The notes beneath the pieces were generated by a model. It worked only from the letters and a program-made list of their open reading frames with translations, made no database searches and was not told where the DNA came from. 64,000 nucleotides of DNA from Lingula anatina (taxonomy: Eukaryota; Animalia; Brachiopoda), in contig CM120641.1 in assembly GCA_051362555.1 (NCBI GenBank), positions 40,740,401 to 40,804,400 on the forward strand. The letters run 5' to 3'. Shown one piece after another: positions 12,001-27,000 of the stretch. How positions within the stretch are numbered: position 1 is the first letter of the stretch; each line of letters starts with the position of its first letter. The position numbers and the translations under genes are program-made.

Positions 12001-15000
12001 TCTTTAAAGCTGGAATTGGGGGCTTTAATGAAGTGATCCGGGCGTGTTTCCACATTTTTTATGAATGACAGGTGTGGTAGATTAATTTTCATCACATTTC
12101 GGAAAAATTGGTGACGGGTCGTTTTTGGGTGATTTTGAGTGATTTTCATCAGGTCCGCGTACAGCAGATTTCTTCAATTTTGGCCAAAAAGGGAAGAAAT
12201 TTTTTTTTCTTCATTATAGTGACCGGTAGGTGTGTTGGGTCATTTGTAGTCAGTATAAAGCACTGGAAGAGTGGTTGTGTCAATATTAAGGAAGAAAAAG
12301 AGCAAAAACTCTGGCCACCCCCCCTCTCTCCAGATCCTGTTTTCAGCTGTGTTTTTGGCTATCTTTAAAGCTGGAATTGGGGGCTTTAATGAAGTGATCC
12401 GGGCGTGTTTCCACATTTTTTATGAATGACAGGTGTGGTAGATTAATTTTCATCACATTTCGGAAAAATTGGTGACGGGTCGTTTTTGGGTGATTTTGAG
12501 TGATTTTCATCAGGTCCGCGTACAGCAGATTTCTTCAATTTTGGCCAAAAAGGGAAGAATTTTTTTTTTCTTCATTATAGTGACCGGTAGGTATGTTGGG
12601 TCATTTGTAGTCAGTATAAAGTACTGGAAGAGTGGTTGTGTCAATATTAAGGAAGAAAAAGAGCAAAAACTCTGGCCACCCCCCCTCTCTCCAGATCCTG
12701 TTTTCAGCTGTGTTTTTGGCTATCTTTAAAGCTGGAATTGGGGGCTTTAATGAAGTGATCCGGGCGTGTTTCCACATTTTTTATGAATGACAGGTGTGGT
12801 AGATTAATTTTCATCACATTTCGGAAAAATTGGTGACCGGTCGTTTTTGGGTGATTTTGAGTGATTTTCATCAGGTCCGCGTACAGCAGATTTCTTCAAT
12901 TTTGGCCAAAAAGGGAAGAAATTTTTTTTTCTTCATTATAGTGACCGGTAGGTGTGTTGGGTCATTTGTAGTCAGTATAAAGTACTGGAAGAGTGGTTGT
13001 GTCAATATTAAGGAAGAAAAAGAGCAAAAACTCTGGCCACCCCCCCTCTCTCCAGATCCTGTTTTCAGCTGTGTTTTTGGCTATCTTTAAAGCTGGAATT
13101 GGGGGCTTTAATCAAGTGATCCGGGCGTGTTTCCACATTTTTTATGAATGACAGGTGTGGTAGATTAATTTTCATCACATTTCGGAAAAATTGGTGACCG
13201 GTCGTTTTTGGGTGATTTTGAGTGATTTTCATCAGGTCCGCGTACAGCAGATTTCTTCAATTTTGGCCAAAAAGGGAAGAAATTTTTTTTTCTTCATTAT
13301 AGTGACCGGTAGGTGTGTTGGGTCATTTGTAGTCAGTATAAAGCACTGGAAGAGTGGTTGTGTCAATATTAAGGAAGAAAAAGAGCAAAAACTCTCGCAA
13401 CCCCCACCACTCTCCAGATCCTGTTTTCAGCTGTGTTTTTGGCTATCTTTAAAGCTGGAATTGGGGGCTTTAATCAAGTGATCCGGGCGTGTTTCCACAT
13501 TTTTTATGAATGACAGGTGTGGTAGATTAATTTTCATCACATTTCGGAAAAATTGGTGACGGGTCGTTTTTGGGTGATTTTGAGTGATTTTCATCAGGTC
13601 CGCGTACAGCAGATTTCTTCAATTTTGGCCAAAAAGGGAAGAAATTTTTTTTCTTCATTATAGTGACCGGTAGGTGTGTTGGGTCATTTGTAGTCAGTAT
13701 AAAGTACTGGAAGAGTGGTTGTGTCAATATTAAGGAAGAAAAAGAGCAAAAACTCTGGCCACCCCCCCTCTCTCCAGATCCTGTTTTCAGCTGTGTTTTT
13801 GGCTATCTTTAAAGCTGGAATTGGGGGCTTTAATGAAGTGATCCGGGCGTGTTTCCACATTTTTTATGAATGACAGGTGTGGTAGATTAATTTTCGTCAC
13901 ATTTCGGAAAAATTGGTGACCGGTCGTTTTTGGGTGATTTTGAGTGATTTTCATCAGGTCCGCGTACAGCAGATTTCTTCAATTTTGGCCAAAAAGGGAA
14001 GAAATTTTTTTTTCTTCATTATAGTGACCGGTAGGTGTGTTGGGTCATTTGTAGTCAGTATAAAGTACTGGAAGAGTGGTTGTGTCAATATTAAGGAAGA
14101 AAAAGAGCAAAAACTCTGGCCACCCCCCCTCTCTCCAGATCCTGTTTTCAGCTGTGTTTTTGGCTATCTTTAAAGCTGGAATTGGGGGCTTTAATGAAGT
14201 GATCCGGGCGTGTTTCCACATTTTTTATGAATGACAGGTGTGGTAGATTAATTTTCGTCACATTTCGGAAAAATTGGTGACCGGTCGTTTTTGGGTGATT
14301 TTGAGTGATTTTCATCAGGTCCGCGTACAGCAGATTTCTTCAATTTTGGCCAAAAAGGGAAGAAATTTTTTTTTCTTCATTATAGTGACCGGTAGGTGTG
14401 TTGGGTCATTTGTAGTCAGTATAAAGCACTGGAATAGTGGTTGTGTCAATATTAAGGAAGAAAAAGAGCAAAAACTCTGGCCACCCCCCCTCTCTCCAGA
14501 TCCTGTTTTCAGCTGTGTTTTTGGCTATCTTTAAAGCTGGAATTGGGGGCTTTAATCAAGTGATCCGGGCGTGTTTCCACATTTTTTATGAATGACAGGT
14601 GTGGTAGATTAATTTTCATCACATTTCGGAAAAATTGGTGACGGGTCGTTTTTGGGTGATTTTGAGTGATTTTCATCAGGTCCGCGTACAGCAGATTTCT
14701 TCAATTTTGGCCAAAAAGGGAAGAAATTTTTTTTTCTTCATTATAGTGACCGGTAGGTGTGTTGGGTCATTTGTAGTCAGTATAAAGTACTGGAAGAGTG
14801 GTTGTGTCAATATTAAGGAAGAAAAAGAGCAAAAACTCTGGCCACCCCCCCTCTCTCCAGATCCTGTTTTCAGCTGTGTTTTTGGCTATCTTTAAAGCTG
14901 GAATTGGGGGCTTTAATCAAGTGATCCGGGCGTGTTTCCACATTTTTTATGAATGACAGGTGTGGTAGATTAATTTTCATCACATTTCGGAAAAATTGGT

Positions 15001-18000
15001 GACGGGTCGTTTTTGGGTGATTTTGAGTGATTTTCATCAGGTCCGCGTACAGCAGATTTCTTCAATTTTGGCCAAAAAGGGAAGAAATTTTTTTATCTTC
15101 ATTATAGTGACCGGTAGGTGTGTTGGGTCATTTGTAGTCAGTATAAAGTACTGGAAGAGTGGTTGTGTCAATATTAAGGAAGAAAAAGAGCAAAAACTCT
15201 GGCCACCCCCCCTCTCTCCAGATCCTGTTTTCAGCTGTGTTTTTGGCTATCTTTAAAGCTGGAATTGGGGGCTTTAATGAAGTGATCCGGGCGTGTTTCC
15301 ACATTTTTTATGAATGACAGGTGTGGTAGATTAATTTTCATCACATTTCGGAAAAATTGGTGACGGGTCGTTTTTGGGTGATTTTGAGTGATTTTCATCA
15401 GGTCCGCGTACAGCAGATTTCTTCAATTTTGGCCAAAAAGGGAAGAAATTTTTTTTTCTTCATTATAGTGACCGGTAGGTGTGTTGGGTCATTTGTAGTC
15501 AGTATAAAGTACTGGAAGAGTGGTTGTGTCAATATTAAGGAAGAAAAAGAGCAAAAACTCTGGCCACCCCCCCTCTCTCCAGATCCTGTTTTCAGCTGTG
15601 TTTTTGGCTATCTTTAAAGCTGGAATTGGGGGCTTTAATGAAGTGATCCGGGCGTGTTTCCACATTTTTTATGAATGACAGGTGTGGTAGATTAATTTTC
15701 ATCACATTTCGGAAAAATTGGTGACGGGTCGTTTTTGGGTGATTTTGAGTGATTTTCATCAGGTCCGCGTACAGCAGATTTCTTCAATTTTGGCCAAAAA
15801 GGGAAGAAATTTTTTTTTCTTCATTATAGTGACCGGTAGGTGTGTTGGGTCATTTGTAGTCAGTATAAAGTACTGGAAGAGTGGTTGTGTCAATATTAAG
15901 GAAGAAAAAGAGCAAAAACTCTGGCCACCCCCCCTCTCTCCAGATCCTGTTTTCAGCTGTGTTTTTGGCTATCTTTAAAGCTTGAATTGGGGGCTTTAAT
16001 GAAGTGATCCGGGCGTGTTTCCACATTTTTTATGAATTACAGGTGTGGTAGATTAATTTTCATCACATTTCGGAAAAATTGGTGACGGGTCGTTTTTGGG
16101 TGATTTTGAGTGATTTTCATCAGGTCCGGGTACAGCAGATTTCTTCAATTTTGGCCAAAAAGGGAAGAAATTTTTTTTTCTTCATTATAGTGACCGGTAG
16201 GTGTGTTGGGTCATTTGTAGTCAGTATAAAGTACTGGAAGAGTGGTTGTGTCAATACTAAGGAAGAAAAAGAGCAAAAACTCTGGCCACCCCCCCCTCTC
16301 TCCAGATCCTGTTTTCAGCTGTGTTTTTGGCTATCTTTAAAGCTGGAATTGGGGGCTTTAATGAAGTGATCCGGGCGTGTTTCCACATTTTTTATGAATG
16401 ACAGGTGTGGTAGATTAATTTTCGTCACATTTCGGAAAAATTGGTGACCGGTCGTTTTTGGGTGATTTTGAGTGATTTTCATCAGGTCCGCGTACAGCAG
16501 ATTTCTTCAATTTTGGCCAAAAAGGGAAGAAATTTTTTTTTCTTCATTATAGTGACCGGTAGGTGTGTTGGGTCATTTGTAGTCAGTATAAAGCACTGGA
16601 AGAGTGGTTGTGTCAATATTAAGGAAGAAAAAGAGCAAAAACTTTGGCCACCCCCTCTCTCTCCAGATCCTGTTTTCAGCTGTGTTTTTGGCTATCTTTA
16701 AAGCTGGAATTGGGGGCTTTAATGAAGTGATCCGGGCGTGTTTCCACATTTTTTATGAATGACAGGTGTGGTAGATTAATTTTCATCACATTTCGGAAAA
16801 ATTGGTGACGGGTCGTTTTTGGGTGATTTTGAGTGATTTTCATCAGGTCCGCGTACAGCAGATTTCTTCAATTTTGGCCAAAAAGGGAAGAAATTTTTTT
16901 TTCTTCATTATAGTGACCGGTAGGTGTGTTGGGTCATTTGTAGTCAGTATAAAGCACTGGAAGAGTGGTTGTGTCAATATTAAGGAAGAAAAAGAGCAAA
17001 AACTCTGGCCACCCCCCCTCTCTCCAGATCCTGTTTTCAGCTGTGTTTTTGGCTATCTTTAAAGCTGGAATTGGGGGCTTTAATGAAGTGATCCGGGCGT
17101 GTTTCCACATTTTTTATGAATGACAGGTGTGGTAGATTAATTTTCATCACATTTCGGAAAAATTGGTGACGGGTCGTTTTTGGGTGATTTTGAGTGATTT
17201 TCATCAGGTCCGCGTACAGCAGATTTCTTCAATTTTGGCCAAAAAGGGAAGAATTTTTTTTTTCTTCATTATAGTGACCGGTAGGTGTGTTGGGTCATTT
17301 GTAGTCAGTATAAAGTACTGGAAGAGTGGTTGTGTCAATATTAAGGAAGAAAAAGAGCAAAAACTCTGGCCACCCCCCCTCTCTCCAGATCCTGTTTTCA
17401 GCTGTGTTTTTGGCTATCTTTAAAGCTGGAATTGGGGGCTTTAATGAAGTGATCCGGGCGTGTTTCCACATTTTTTATGAATGACAGGTGTGGTAGATTA
17501 ATTTTCATCACATTTCGGAAAAATTGGTGACCGGTCGTTTTTGGGTGATTTTGAGTGATTTTCATCAGGTCCGCGTACAGCAGATTTCTTCAATTTTGGC
17601 CAAAAAGGGAAGAAATTTTTTTTTCTTCATTATAGTGACCGGTAGGTGTGTTGGGTCATTTGTAGTCAGTATAAAGTACTGGAAGAGTGGTTGTGTCAAT
17701 ATTAAGGAAGAAAAAGAGCAAAAACTCTGGCCACCCCCCCTCTCTCCAGATCCTGTTTTCAGCTGTGTTTTTGGCTATCTTTAAAGCTGGAATTGGGGGC
17801 TTTAATCAAGTGATCCGGGCGTGTTTCCACATTTTTTATGAATGACAGGTGTGGTAGATTAATTTTCATCACATTTCGGAAAAATTGGTGACCGGTCGTT
17901 TTTGGGTGATTTTGAGTGATTTTCATCAGGTCCGCGTACAGCAGATTTCTTCAATTTTGGCCAAAAAGGGAAGAAATTTTTTTTTCTTCATTATAGTGAC

Positions 18001-21000
18001 CGGTAGGTGTGTTGGGTCATTTGTAGTCAGTATAAAGCACTGGAAGAGTGGTTGTGTCAATATTAAGGAAGAAAAAGAGCAAAAACTCTCGCAACCCCCA
18101 CCACTCTCCAGATCCTGTTTTCAGCTGTGTTTTTGGCTATCTTTAAAGCTGGAATTGGGGGCTTTAATCAAGTGATCCGGGCGTGTTTCCACATTTTTTA
18201 TGAATGACAGGTGTGGTAGATTAATTTTCATCACATTTCGGAAAAATTGGTGACGGGTCGTTTTTGGGTGATTTTGAGTGATTTTCATCAGGTCCGCGTA
18301 CAGCAGATTTCTTCAATTTTGGCCAAAAAGGGAAGAAATTTTTTTTCTTCATTATAGTGACCGGTAGGTGTGTTGGGTCATTTGTAGTCAGTATAAAGTA
18401 CTGGAAGAGTGGTTGTGTCAATATTAAGGAAGAAAAAGAGCAAAAACTCTGGCCACCCCCCCTCTCTCCAGATCCTGTTTTCAGCTGTGTTTTTGGCTAT
18501 CTTTAAAGCTGGAATTGGGGGCTTTAATGAAGTGATCCGGGCGTGTTTCCACATTTTTTATGAATGACAGGTGTGGTAGATTAATTTTCGTCACATTTCG
18601 GAAAAATTGGTGACCGGTCGTTTTTGGGTGATTTTGAGTGATTTTCATCAGGTCCGCGTACAGCAGATTTCTTCAATTTTGGCCAAAAAGGGAAGAAATT
18701 TTTTTTTCTTCATTATAGTGACCGGTAGGTGTGTTGGGTCATTTGTAGTCAGTATAAAGTACTGGAAGAGTGGTTGTGTCAATATTAAGGAAGAAAAAGA
18801 GCAAAAACTCTGGCCACCCCCCCTCTCTCCAGATCCTGTTTTCAGCTGTGTTTTTGGCTATCTTTAAAGCTGGAATTGGGGGCTTTAATGAAGTGATCCG
18901 GGCGTGTTTCCACATTTTTTATGAATGACAGGTGTGGTAGATTAATTTTCGTCACATTTCGGAAAAATTGGTGACCGGTCGTTTTTGGGTGATTTTGAGT
19001 GATTTTCATCAGGTCCGCGTACAGCAGATTTCTTCAATTTTGGCCAAAAAGGGAAGAAATTTTTTTTTCTTCATTATAGTGACCGGTAGGTGTGTTGGGT
19101 CATTTGTAGTCAGTATAAAGCACTGGAATAGTGGTTGTGTCAATATTAAGGAAGAAAAAGAGCAAAAACTCTGGCCACCCCCCCTCTCTCCAGATCCTGT
19201 TTTCAGCTGTGTTTTTGGCTATCTTTAAAGCTGGAATTGGGGGCTTTAATCAAGTGATCCGGGCGTGTTTCCACATTTTTTATGAATGACAGGTGTGGTA
19301 GATTAATTTTCATCACATTTCGGAAAAATTGGTGACGGGTCGTTTTTGGGTGATTTTGAGTGATTTTCATCAGGTCCGCGTACAGCAGATTTCTTCAATT
19401 TTGGCCAAAAAGGGAAGAAATTTTTTTTTCTTCATTATAGTGACCGGTAGGTGTGTTGGGTCATTTGTAGTCAGTATAAAGTACTGGAAGAGTGGTTGTG
19501 TCAATATTAAGGAAGAAAAAGAGCAAAAACTCTGGCCACCCCCCCTCTCTCCAGATCCTGTTTTCAGCTGTGTTTTTGGCTATCTTTAAAGCTGGAATTG
19601 GGGGCTTTAATCAAGTGATCCGGGCGTGTTTCCACATTTTTTATGAATGACAGGTGTGGTAGATTAATTTTCATCACATTTCGGAAAAATTGGTGACGGG
19701 TCGTTTTTGGGTGATTTTGAGTGATTTTCATCAGGTCCGCGTACAGCAGATTTCTTCAATTTTGGCCAAAAAGGGAAGAAATTTTTTTATCTTCATTATA
19801 GTGACCGGTAGGTGTGTTGGGTCATTTGTAGTCAGTATAAAGTACTGGAAGAGTGGTTGTGTCAATATTAAGGAAGAAAAAGAGCAAAAACTCTGGCCAC
19901 CCCCCCTCTCTCCAGATCCTGTTTTCAGCTGTGTTTTTGGCTATCTTTAAAGCTGGAATTGGGGGCTTTAATGAAGTGATCCGGGCGTGTTTCCACATTT
20001 TTTATGAATGACAGGTGTGGTAGATTAATTTTCATCACATTTCGGAAAAATTGGTGACGGGTCGTTTTTGGGTGATTTTGAGTGATTTTCATCAGGTCCG
20101 CGTACAGCAGATTTCTTCAATTTTGGCCAAAAAGGGAAGAAATTTTTTTTTCTTCATTATAGTGACCGGTAGGTGTGTTGGGTCATTTGTAGTCAGTATA
20201 AAGTACTGGAAGAGTGGTTGTGTCAATATTAAGGAAGAAAAAGAGCAAAAACTCTGGCCACCCCCCCCTCTCTCCAGATCCTGTTTTCAGCTGTGTTTTT
20301 GGCTATCTTTAAAGCTGGAATTGGGGGCTTTAATGAAGTGATCCGGGCGTGTTTCCACATTTTTTATGAATGACAGGTGTGGTAGATTAATTTTCATCAC
20401 ATTTCGGAAAAATTGGTGACGGGTCGTTTTTGGGTGATTTTGAGTGATTTTCATCAGGTCCGCGTACAGCAGATTTCTTCAATTTTGGCCAAAAAGGGAA
20501 GAAATTTTTTTTTCTTCATTATAGTGACCGGTAGGTGTGTTGGGTCATTTGTAGTCAGTATAAAGTACTGGAAGAGTGGTTGTGTCAATATTAAGGAAGA
20601 AAAAGAGCAAAAACTCTGGCCACCCCCCCTCTCTCCAGATCCTGTTTTCAGCTGTGTTTTTGGCTATCTTTAAAGCTTGAATTGGGGGCTTTAATGAAGT
20701 GATCCGGGCGTGTTTCCACATTTTTTATGAATGACAGGTGTGGTAGATTAATTTTCATCACATTTCGGAAAAATTGGTGACGGGTCGTTTTTGGGTGATT
20801 TTGAGTGATTTTCATCAGGTCCGGGTACAGCAGATTTCTTCAATTTTGGCCAAAAAGGGAAGAAATTTTTTTTTCTTCATTATAGTGACCGGTAGGTGTG
20901 TTGGGTCATTTGTAGTCAGTATAAAGTACTGGAAGAGTGGTTGTGTCAATACTAAGGAAGAAAAAGAGCAAAAACTCTGGCCACCCCCCCCTCTCTCCAG

Positions 21001-24000
21001 ATCCTGTTTTCAGCTGTGTTTTTGGCTATCTTTAAAGCTGGAATTGGGGGCTTTAATGAAGTGATCCGGGCGTGTTTCCACATTTTTTATGAATGACAGG
21101 TGTGGTAGATTAATTTTCATCACATTTCGGAAAAATTGGTGACGGGTCGTTTTTGGGTGATTTTGAGTGATTTTCATCAGGTCCGCGTACAGCAGATTTC
21201 TTCAATTTTGGCCAAAAAGGGAAGAAATTTTTTTTTCTTCATTATAGTGACCGGTAGGTGTGTTGGGTCATTTGTAGTCAGTATAAAGTACTGGAAGAGT
21301 GGTTGTGTCAATATTAAGGAAGAAAAAGAGCAAAAACTCTGGCCACCCCCCCCTCTCTCCAGATCCTGTTTTCAGCTGTGTTTTTGGCTATCTTTAAAGC
21401 TGGAATTGGGGACTTTAATGAAGTGATCCGGGCGTGTTTCCACATTTTTTATGAATGACAGGTGTGGTAGATTAATTTTCATCACATTTCGGAAAAATTG
21501 GTGACGGGTCGTTTTTGGGTGATTTTGAGTGATTTTCATCAGGTCCGCGTACAGCAGATTTCTTCAATTTTAGCCAAAAAGGGAAGAAAATTTTTTTTCT
21601 TCATTATAGTGACCGGTAGGTGTGTTGGGTCATTTGTAGTCAGTATAAAGTACTGGAAGAGTGGTTGTGTCAATATTAAGGAAGAAAAAGAGCAAAAACT
21701 CTGGCCACCCCCCCCTCTCTCCAGATCCTGTTTTCAGCTGTGTTTTTGGCTATCTTTAAAGCTGGAATTGGGGGCTTTAATGAAGTGATCCGGGCGTGTT
21801 TCCACATTTTTTATGAATGACAGGTGTGGTAGATTAATTTTCATCACATTTCGGAAAAATTGGTGACGGGTCGTTTTTGGGTGATTTTGAGTGATTTTCA
21901 TCAGGTCCGCGTACAGCAGATTTCTTCAATTTTGGCCAAAAAGGGAAGAAATTTTTTTTTCTTCATTATAGTGACCGGTAGGTGTGTTGGGTCATTTGTA
22001 GTCAGTATAAAGCACTGGAAGAGTGGTTGTGTCAATATTAAGGAAGAAAAAGAGCAAAAACTCTCGCAACCCCCACCACTCTCCAGATCCTGTTTTCAGC
22101 TGTGTTTTTGGCTATCTTTAAAGCTGGAATTGGGGGCTTTAATCAAGTGATCCGGGCGTGTTTCCACATTTTTTATGAATGACAGGTGTGGTAGATTAAT
22201 TTTCATCACATTTCGGAAAAATTGGTGACGGGTCGTTTTTGGGTGATTTTGAGTGATTTTCATCAGGTCCGCGTACAGCAGATTTCTTCAATTTTGGCCA
22301 AAAAGGGAAGAAATTTTTTTTCTTCATTATAGTGACCGGTAGGTGTGTTGGGTCATTTGTAGTCAGTATAAAGTACTGGAAGAGTGGTTGTGTCAATATT
22401 AAGGAAGAAAAAGAGCAAAAACTCTGGCCACCCCCCCCTCTCTCCAGATCCTGTTTTCAGCTGTGTTTTTGGCTATCTTTAAAGCTGGAATTGGGGACTT
22501 TAATGAAGTGATCCGGGCGTGTTTCCACATTTTTTATGAATGACAGGTGTGGTAGATTAATTTTCATCACATTTCGGAAAAATTGGTGACGGGTCGTTTT
22601 TGGGTGATTTTGAGTGATTTTCATCAGGTCCGCGTACAGCAGATTTCTTCAATTTTAGCCAAAAAGGGAAGAAATTTTTTTTTCTTCATTATAGTGACCG
22701 GTAGGTGTGTTGGGTCATTTGTAGTCAGTATAAAGTACTGGAAGAGTGGTTGTGTCAATACTAAGGAAGAAAAAGAGCAAAAACTCTGGCCACCCCCCCT
22801 CTCTCCAGATCCTGTTTTCAGCTGTGTTTTTGGCTATCTTTAAAGCTGGAATTGGGGGCTTTAATGAAGTGATCCGGGCGTGTTTCCACATTTTTTATGA
22901 ATGACAGGTGTGGTAGATTAATTTTCATCACATTTCGGAAAAATTGGTGACCGGTCGTTTTTGGGTGATTTTGAGTGATTTTCATCAGGTCCGCGTACAG
23001 CAGATTTCTTCAATTTTGGCCAAAAAGGGAAGAAATTTTTTTTTCTTCATTATAGTGACCGGTAGGTGTGTTGGGTCATTTGTAGTCAGTATAAAGTACT
23101 GGAAGAGTGGTTGTGTCAATATTAAGGAAGAAAAAGAGCAAAAACTCTGGCCACCCCCCCTCTCTCCAGATCCTGTTTTCAGCTGTGTTTTTGGCTATCT
23201 TTAAAGCTGGAATTGGGGGCTTTAATCAAGTGATCCGGGCGTGTTTCCACATTTTTTATGAATGACAGGTGTGGTAGATTAATTTTCATCACATTTCGGA
23301 AAAATTGGTGACCGGTCGTTTTTGGGTGATTTTGAGTGATTTTCATCAGGTCCGCGTACAGCAGATTTCTTCAATTTTGGCCAAAAAGGGAAGAAATTTT
23401 TTTTTCTTCATTATAGTGACCGGTAGGTGTGTTGGGTCATTTGTAGTCAGTATAAAGCACTGGAAGAGTGGTTGTGTCAATATTAAGGAAGAAAAAGAGC
23501 AAAAACTCTCGCAACCCCCACCACTCTCCAGATCCTGTTTTCAGCTGTGTTTTTGGCTATCTTTAAAGCTGGAATTGGGGGCTTTAATCAAGTGATCCGG
23601 GCGTGTTTCCACATTTTTTATGAATGACAGGTGTGGTAGATTAATTTTCATCACATTTCGGAAAAATTGGTGACGGGTCGTTTTTGGGTGATTTTGAGTG
23701 ATTTTCATCAGGTCCGCGTACAGCAGATTTCTTCAATTTTGGCCAAAAAGGGAAGAAATTTTTTTTCTTCATTATAGTGACCGGTAGGTGTGTTGGGTCA
23801 TTTGTAGTCAGTATAAAGTACTGGAAGAGTGGTTGTGTCAATATTAAGGAAGAAAAAGAGCAAAAACTCTGGCCACCCCCCCTCTCTCCAGATCCTGTTT
23901 TCAGCTGTGTTTTTGGCTATCTTTAAAGCTGGAATTGGGGGCTTTAATGAAGTGATCCGGGCGTGTTTCCACATTTTTTATGAATGACAGGTGTGGTAGA

Positions 24001-27000
24001 TTAATTTTCGTCACATTTCGGAAAAATTGGTGACCGGTCGTTTTTGGGTGATTTTGAGTGATTTTCATCAGGTCCGCGTACAGCAGATTTCTTCAATTTT
24101 GGCCAAAAAGGGAAGAAATTTTTTTTTCTTCATTATAGTGACCGGTAGGTGTGTTGGGTCATTTGTAGTCAGTATAAAGTACTGGAAGAGTGGTTGTGTC
24201 AATATTAAGGAAGAAAAAGAGCAAAAACTCTGGCCACCCCCCCTCTCTCCAGATCCTGTTTTCAGCTGTGTTTTTGGCTATCTTTAAAGCTGGAATTGGG
24301 GGCTTTAATGAAGTGATCCGGGCGTGTTTCCACATTTTTTATGAATGACAGGTGTGGTAGATTAATTTTCGTCACATTTCGGAAAAATTGGTGACCGGTC
24401 GTTTTTGGGTGATTTTGAGTGATTTTCATCAGGTCCGCGTACAGCAGATTTCTTCAATTTTGGCCAAAAAGGGAAGAAATTTTTTTTTCTTCATTATAGT
24501 GACCGGTAGGTGTGTTGGGTCATTTGTAGTCAGTATAAAGCACTGGAATAGTGGTTGTGTCAATATTAAGGAAGAAAAAGAGCAAAAACTCTGGCCACCC
24601 CCCCTCTCTCCAGATCCTGTTTTCAGCTGTGTTTTTGGCTATCTTTAAAGCTGGAATTGGGGGCTTTAATCAAGTGATCCGGGCGTGTTTCCACATTTTT
24701 TATGAATGACAGGTGTGGTAGATTAATTTTCATCACATTTCGGAAAAATTGGTGACGGGTCGTTTTTGGGTGATTTTGAGTGATTTTCATCAGGTCCGCG
24801 TACAGCAGATTTCTTCAATTTTGGCCAAAAAGGGAAGAAATTTTTTTTTCTTCATTATAGTGACCGGTAGGTGTGTTGGGTCATTTGTAGTCAGTATAAA
24901 GTACTGGAAGAGTGGTTGTGTCAATATTAAGGAAGAAAAAGAGCAAAAACTCTGGCCACCCCCCCTCTCTCCAGATCCTGTTTTCAGCTGTGTTTTTGGC
25001 TATCTTTAAAGCTGGAATTGGGGGCTTTAATCAAGTGATCCGGGCGTGTTTCCACATTTTTTATGAATGACAGGTGTGGTAGATTAATTTTCATCACATT
25101 TCGGAAAAATTGGTGACGGGTCGTTTTTGGGTGATTTTGAGTGATTTTCATCAGGTCCGCGTACAGCAGATTTCTTCAATTTTGGCCAAAAAGGGAAGAA
25201 ATTTTTTTATCTTCATTATAGTGACCGGTAGGTGTGTTGGGTCATTTGTAGTCAGTATAAAGTACTGGAAGAGTGGTTGTGTCAATATTAAGGAAGAAAA
25301 AGAGCAAAAACTCTGGCCACCCCCCCTCTCTCCAGATCCTGTTTTCAGCTGTGTTTTTGGCTATCTTTAAAGCTGGAATTGGGGGCTTTAATGAAGTGAT
25401 CCGGGCGTGTTTCCACATTTTTTATGAATGACAGGTGTGGTAGATTAATTTTCATCACATTTCGGAAAAATTGGTGACGGGTCGTTTTTGGGTGATTTTG
25501 AGTGATTTTCATCAGGTCCGCGTACAGCAGATTTCTTCAATTTTGGCCAAAAAGGGAAGAAATTTTTTTTTCTTCATTATAGTGACCGGTAGGTGTGTTG
25601 GGTCATTTGTAGTCAGTATAAAGTACTGGAAGAGTGGTTGTGTCAATATTAAGGAAGAAAAAGAGCAAAAACTCTGGCCACCCCCCCTCTCTCCAGATCC
25701 TGTTTTCAGCTGTGTTTTTGGCTATCTTTAAAGCTGGAATTGGGGGCTTTAATGAAGTGATCCGGGCGTGTTTCCACATTTTTTATGAATGACAGGTGTG
25801 GTAGATTAATTTTCATCACATTTCGGAAAAATTGGTGACGGGTCGTTTTTGGGTGATTTTGAGTGATTTTCATCAGGTCCGCGTACAGCAGATTTCTTCA
25901 ATTTTGGCCAAAAAGGGAAGAAATTTTTTTTTCTTCATTATAGTGACCGGTAGGTGTGTTGGGTCATTTGTAGTCAGTATAAAGTACTGGAAGAGTGGTT
26001 GTGTCAATATTAAGGAAGAAAAAGAGCAAAAACTCTGGCCACCCCCCCTCTCTCCAGATCCTGTTTTCAGCTGTGTTTTTGGCTATCTTTAAAGCTTGAA
26101 TTGGGGGCTTTAATGAAGTGATCCGGGCGTGTTTCCACATTTTTTATGAATGACAGGTGTGGTAGATTAATTTTCATCACATTTCGGAAAAATTGGTGAC
26201 GGGTCGTTTTTGGGTGATTTTGAGTGATTTTCATCAGGTCCGGGTACAGCAGATTTCTTCAATTTTGGCCAAAAAGGGAAGAAATTTTTTTTTCTTCATT
26301 ATAGTGACCGGTAGGTGTGTTGGGTCATTTGTAGTCAGTATAAAGTACTGGAAGAGTGGTTGTGTCAATACTAAGGAAGAAAAAGAGCAAAAACTCTGGC
26401 CACCCCCCCCTCTCTCCAGATCCTGTTTTCAGCTGTGTTTTTGGCTATCTTTAAAGCTGGAATTGGGGGCTTTAATGAAGTGATCCGGGCGTGTTTCCAC
26501 ATTTTTTATGAATGACAGGTGTGGTAGATTAATTTTCATCACATTTCGGAAAAATTGGTGACGGGTCGTTTTTGGGTGATTTTGAGTGATTTTCATCAGG
26601 TCCGCGTACAGCAGATTTCTTCAATTTTGGCCAAAAAGGGAAGAAATTTTTTTTCTTCATTATAGTGACCGGTAGGTGTGTTGGGTCATTTGTAGTCAGT
26701 ATAAAGTACTGGAAGAGTGGTTGTGTCAATATTAAGGAAGAAAAAGAGCAAAAACTCTGGCCACCCCCCCCCTCTCTCCAGATCCTGTTTTCAGCTGTGT
26801 TTTTGGCTATCTTTAAAGCTGGAATTGGGGACTTTAATGAAGTGATCCGGGCGTGTTTCCACATTTTTTATGAATGACAGGTGTGGTAGATTAATTTTCA
26901 TCACATTTCGGAAAAATTGGTGACGGGTCGTTTTTGGGTGATTTTGAGTGATTTTCATCAGGTCCGCGTACAGCAGATTTCTTCAATTTTAGCCAAAAAG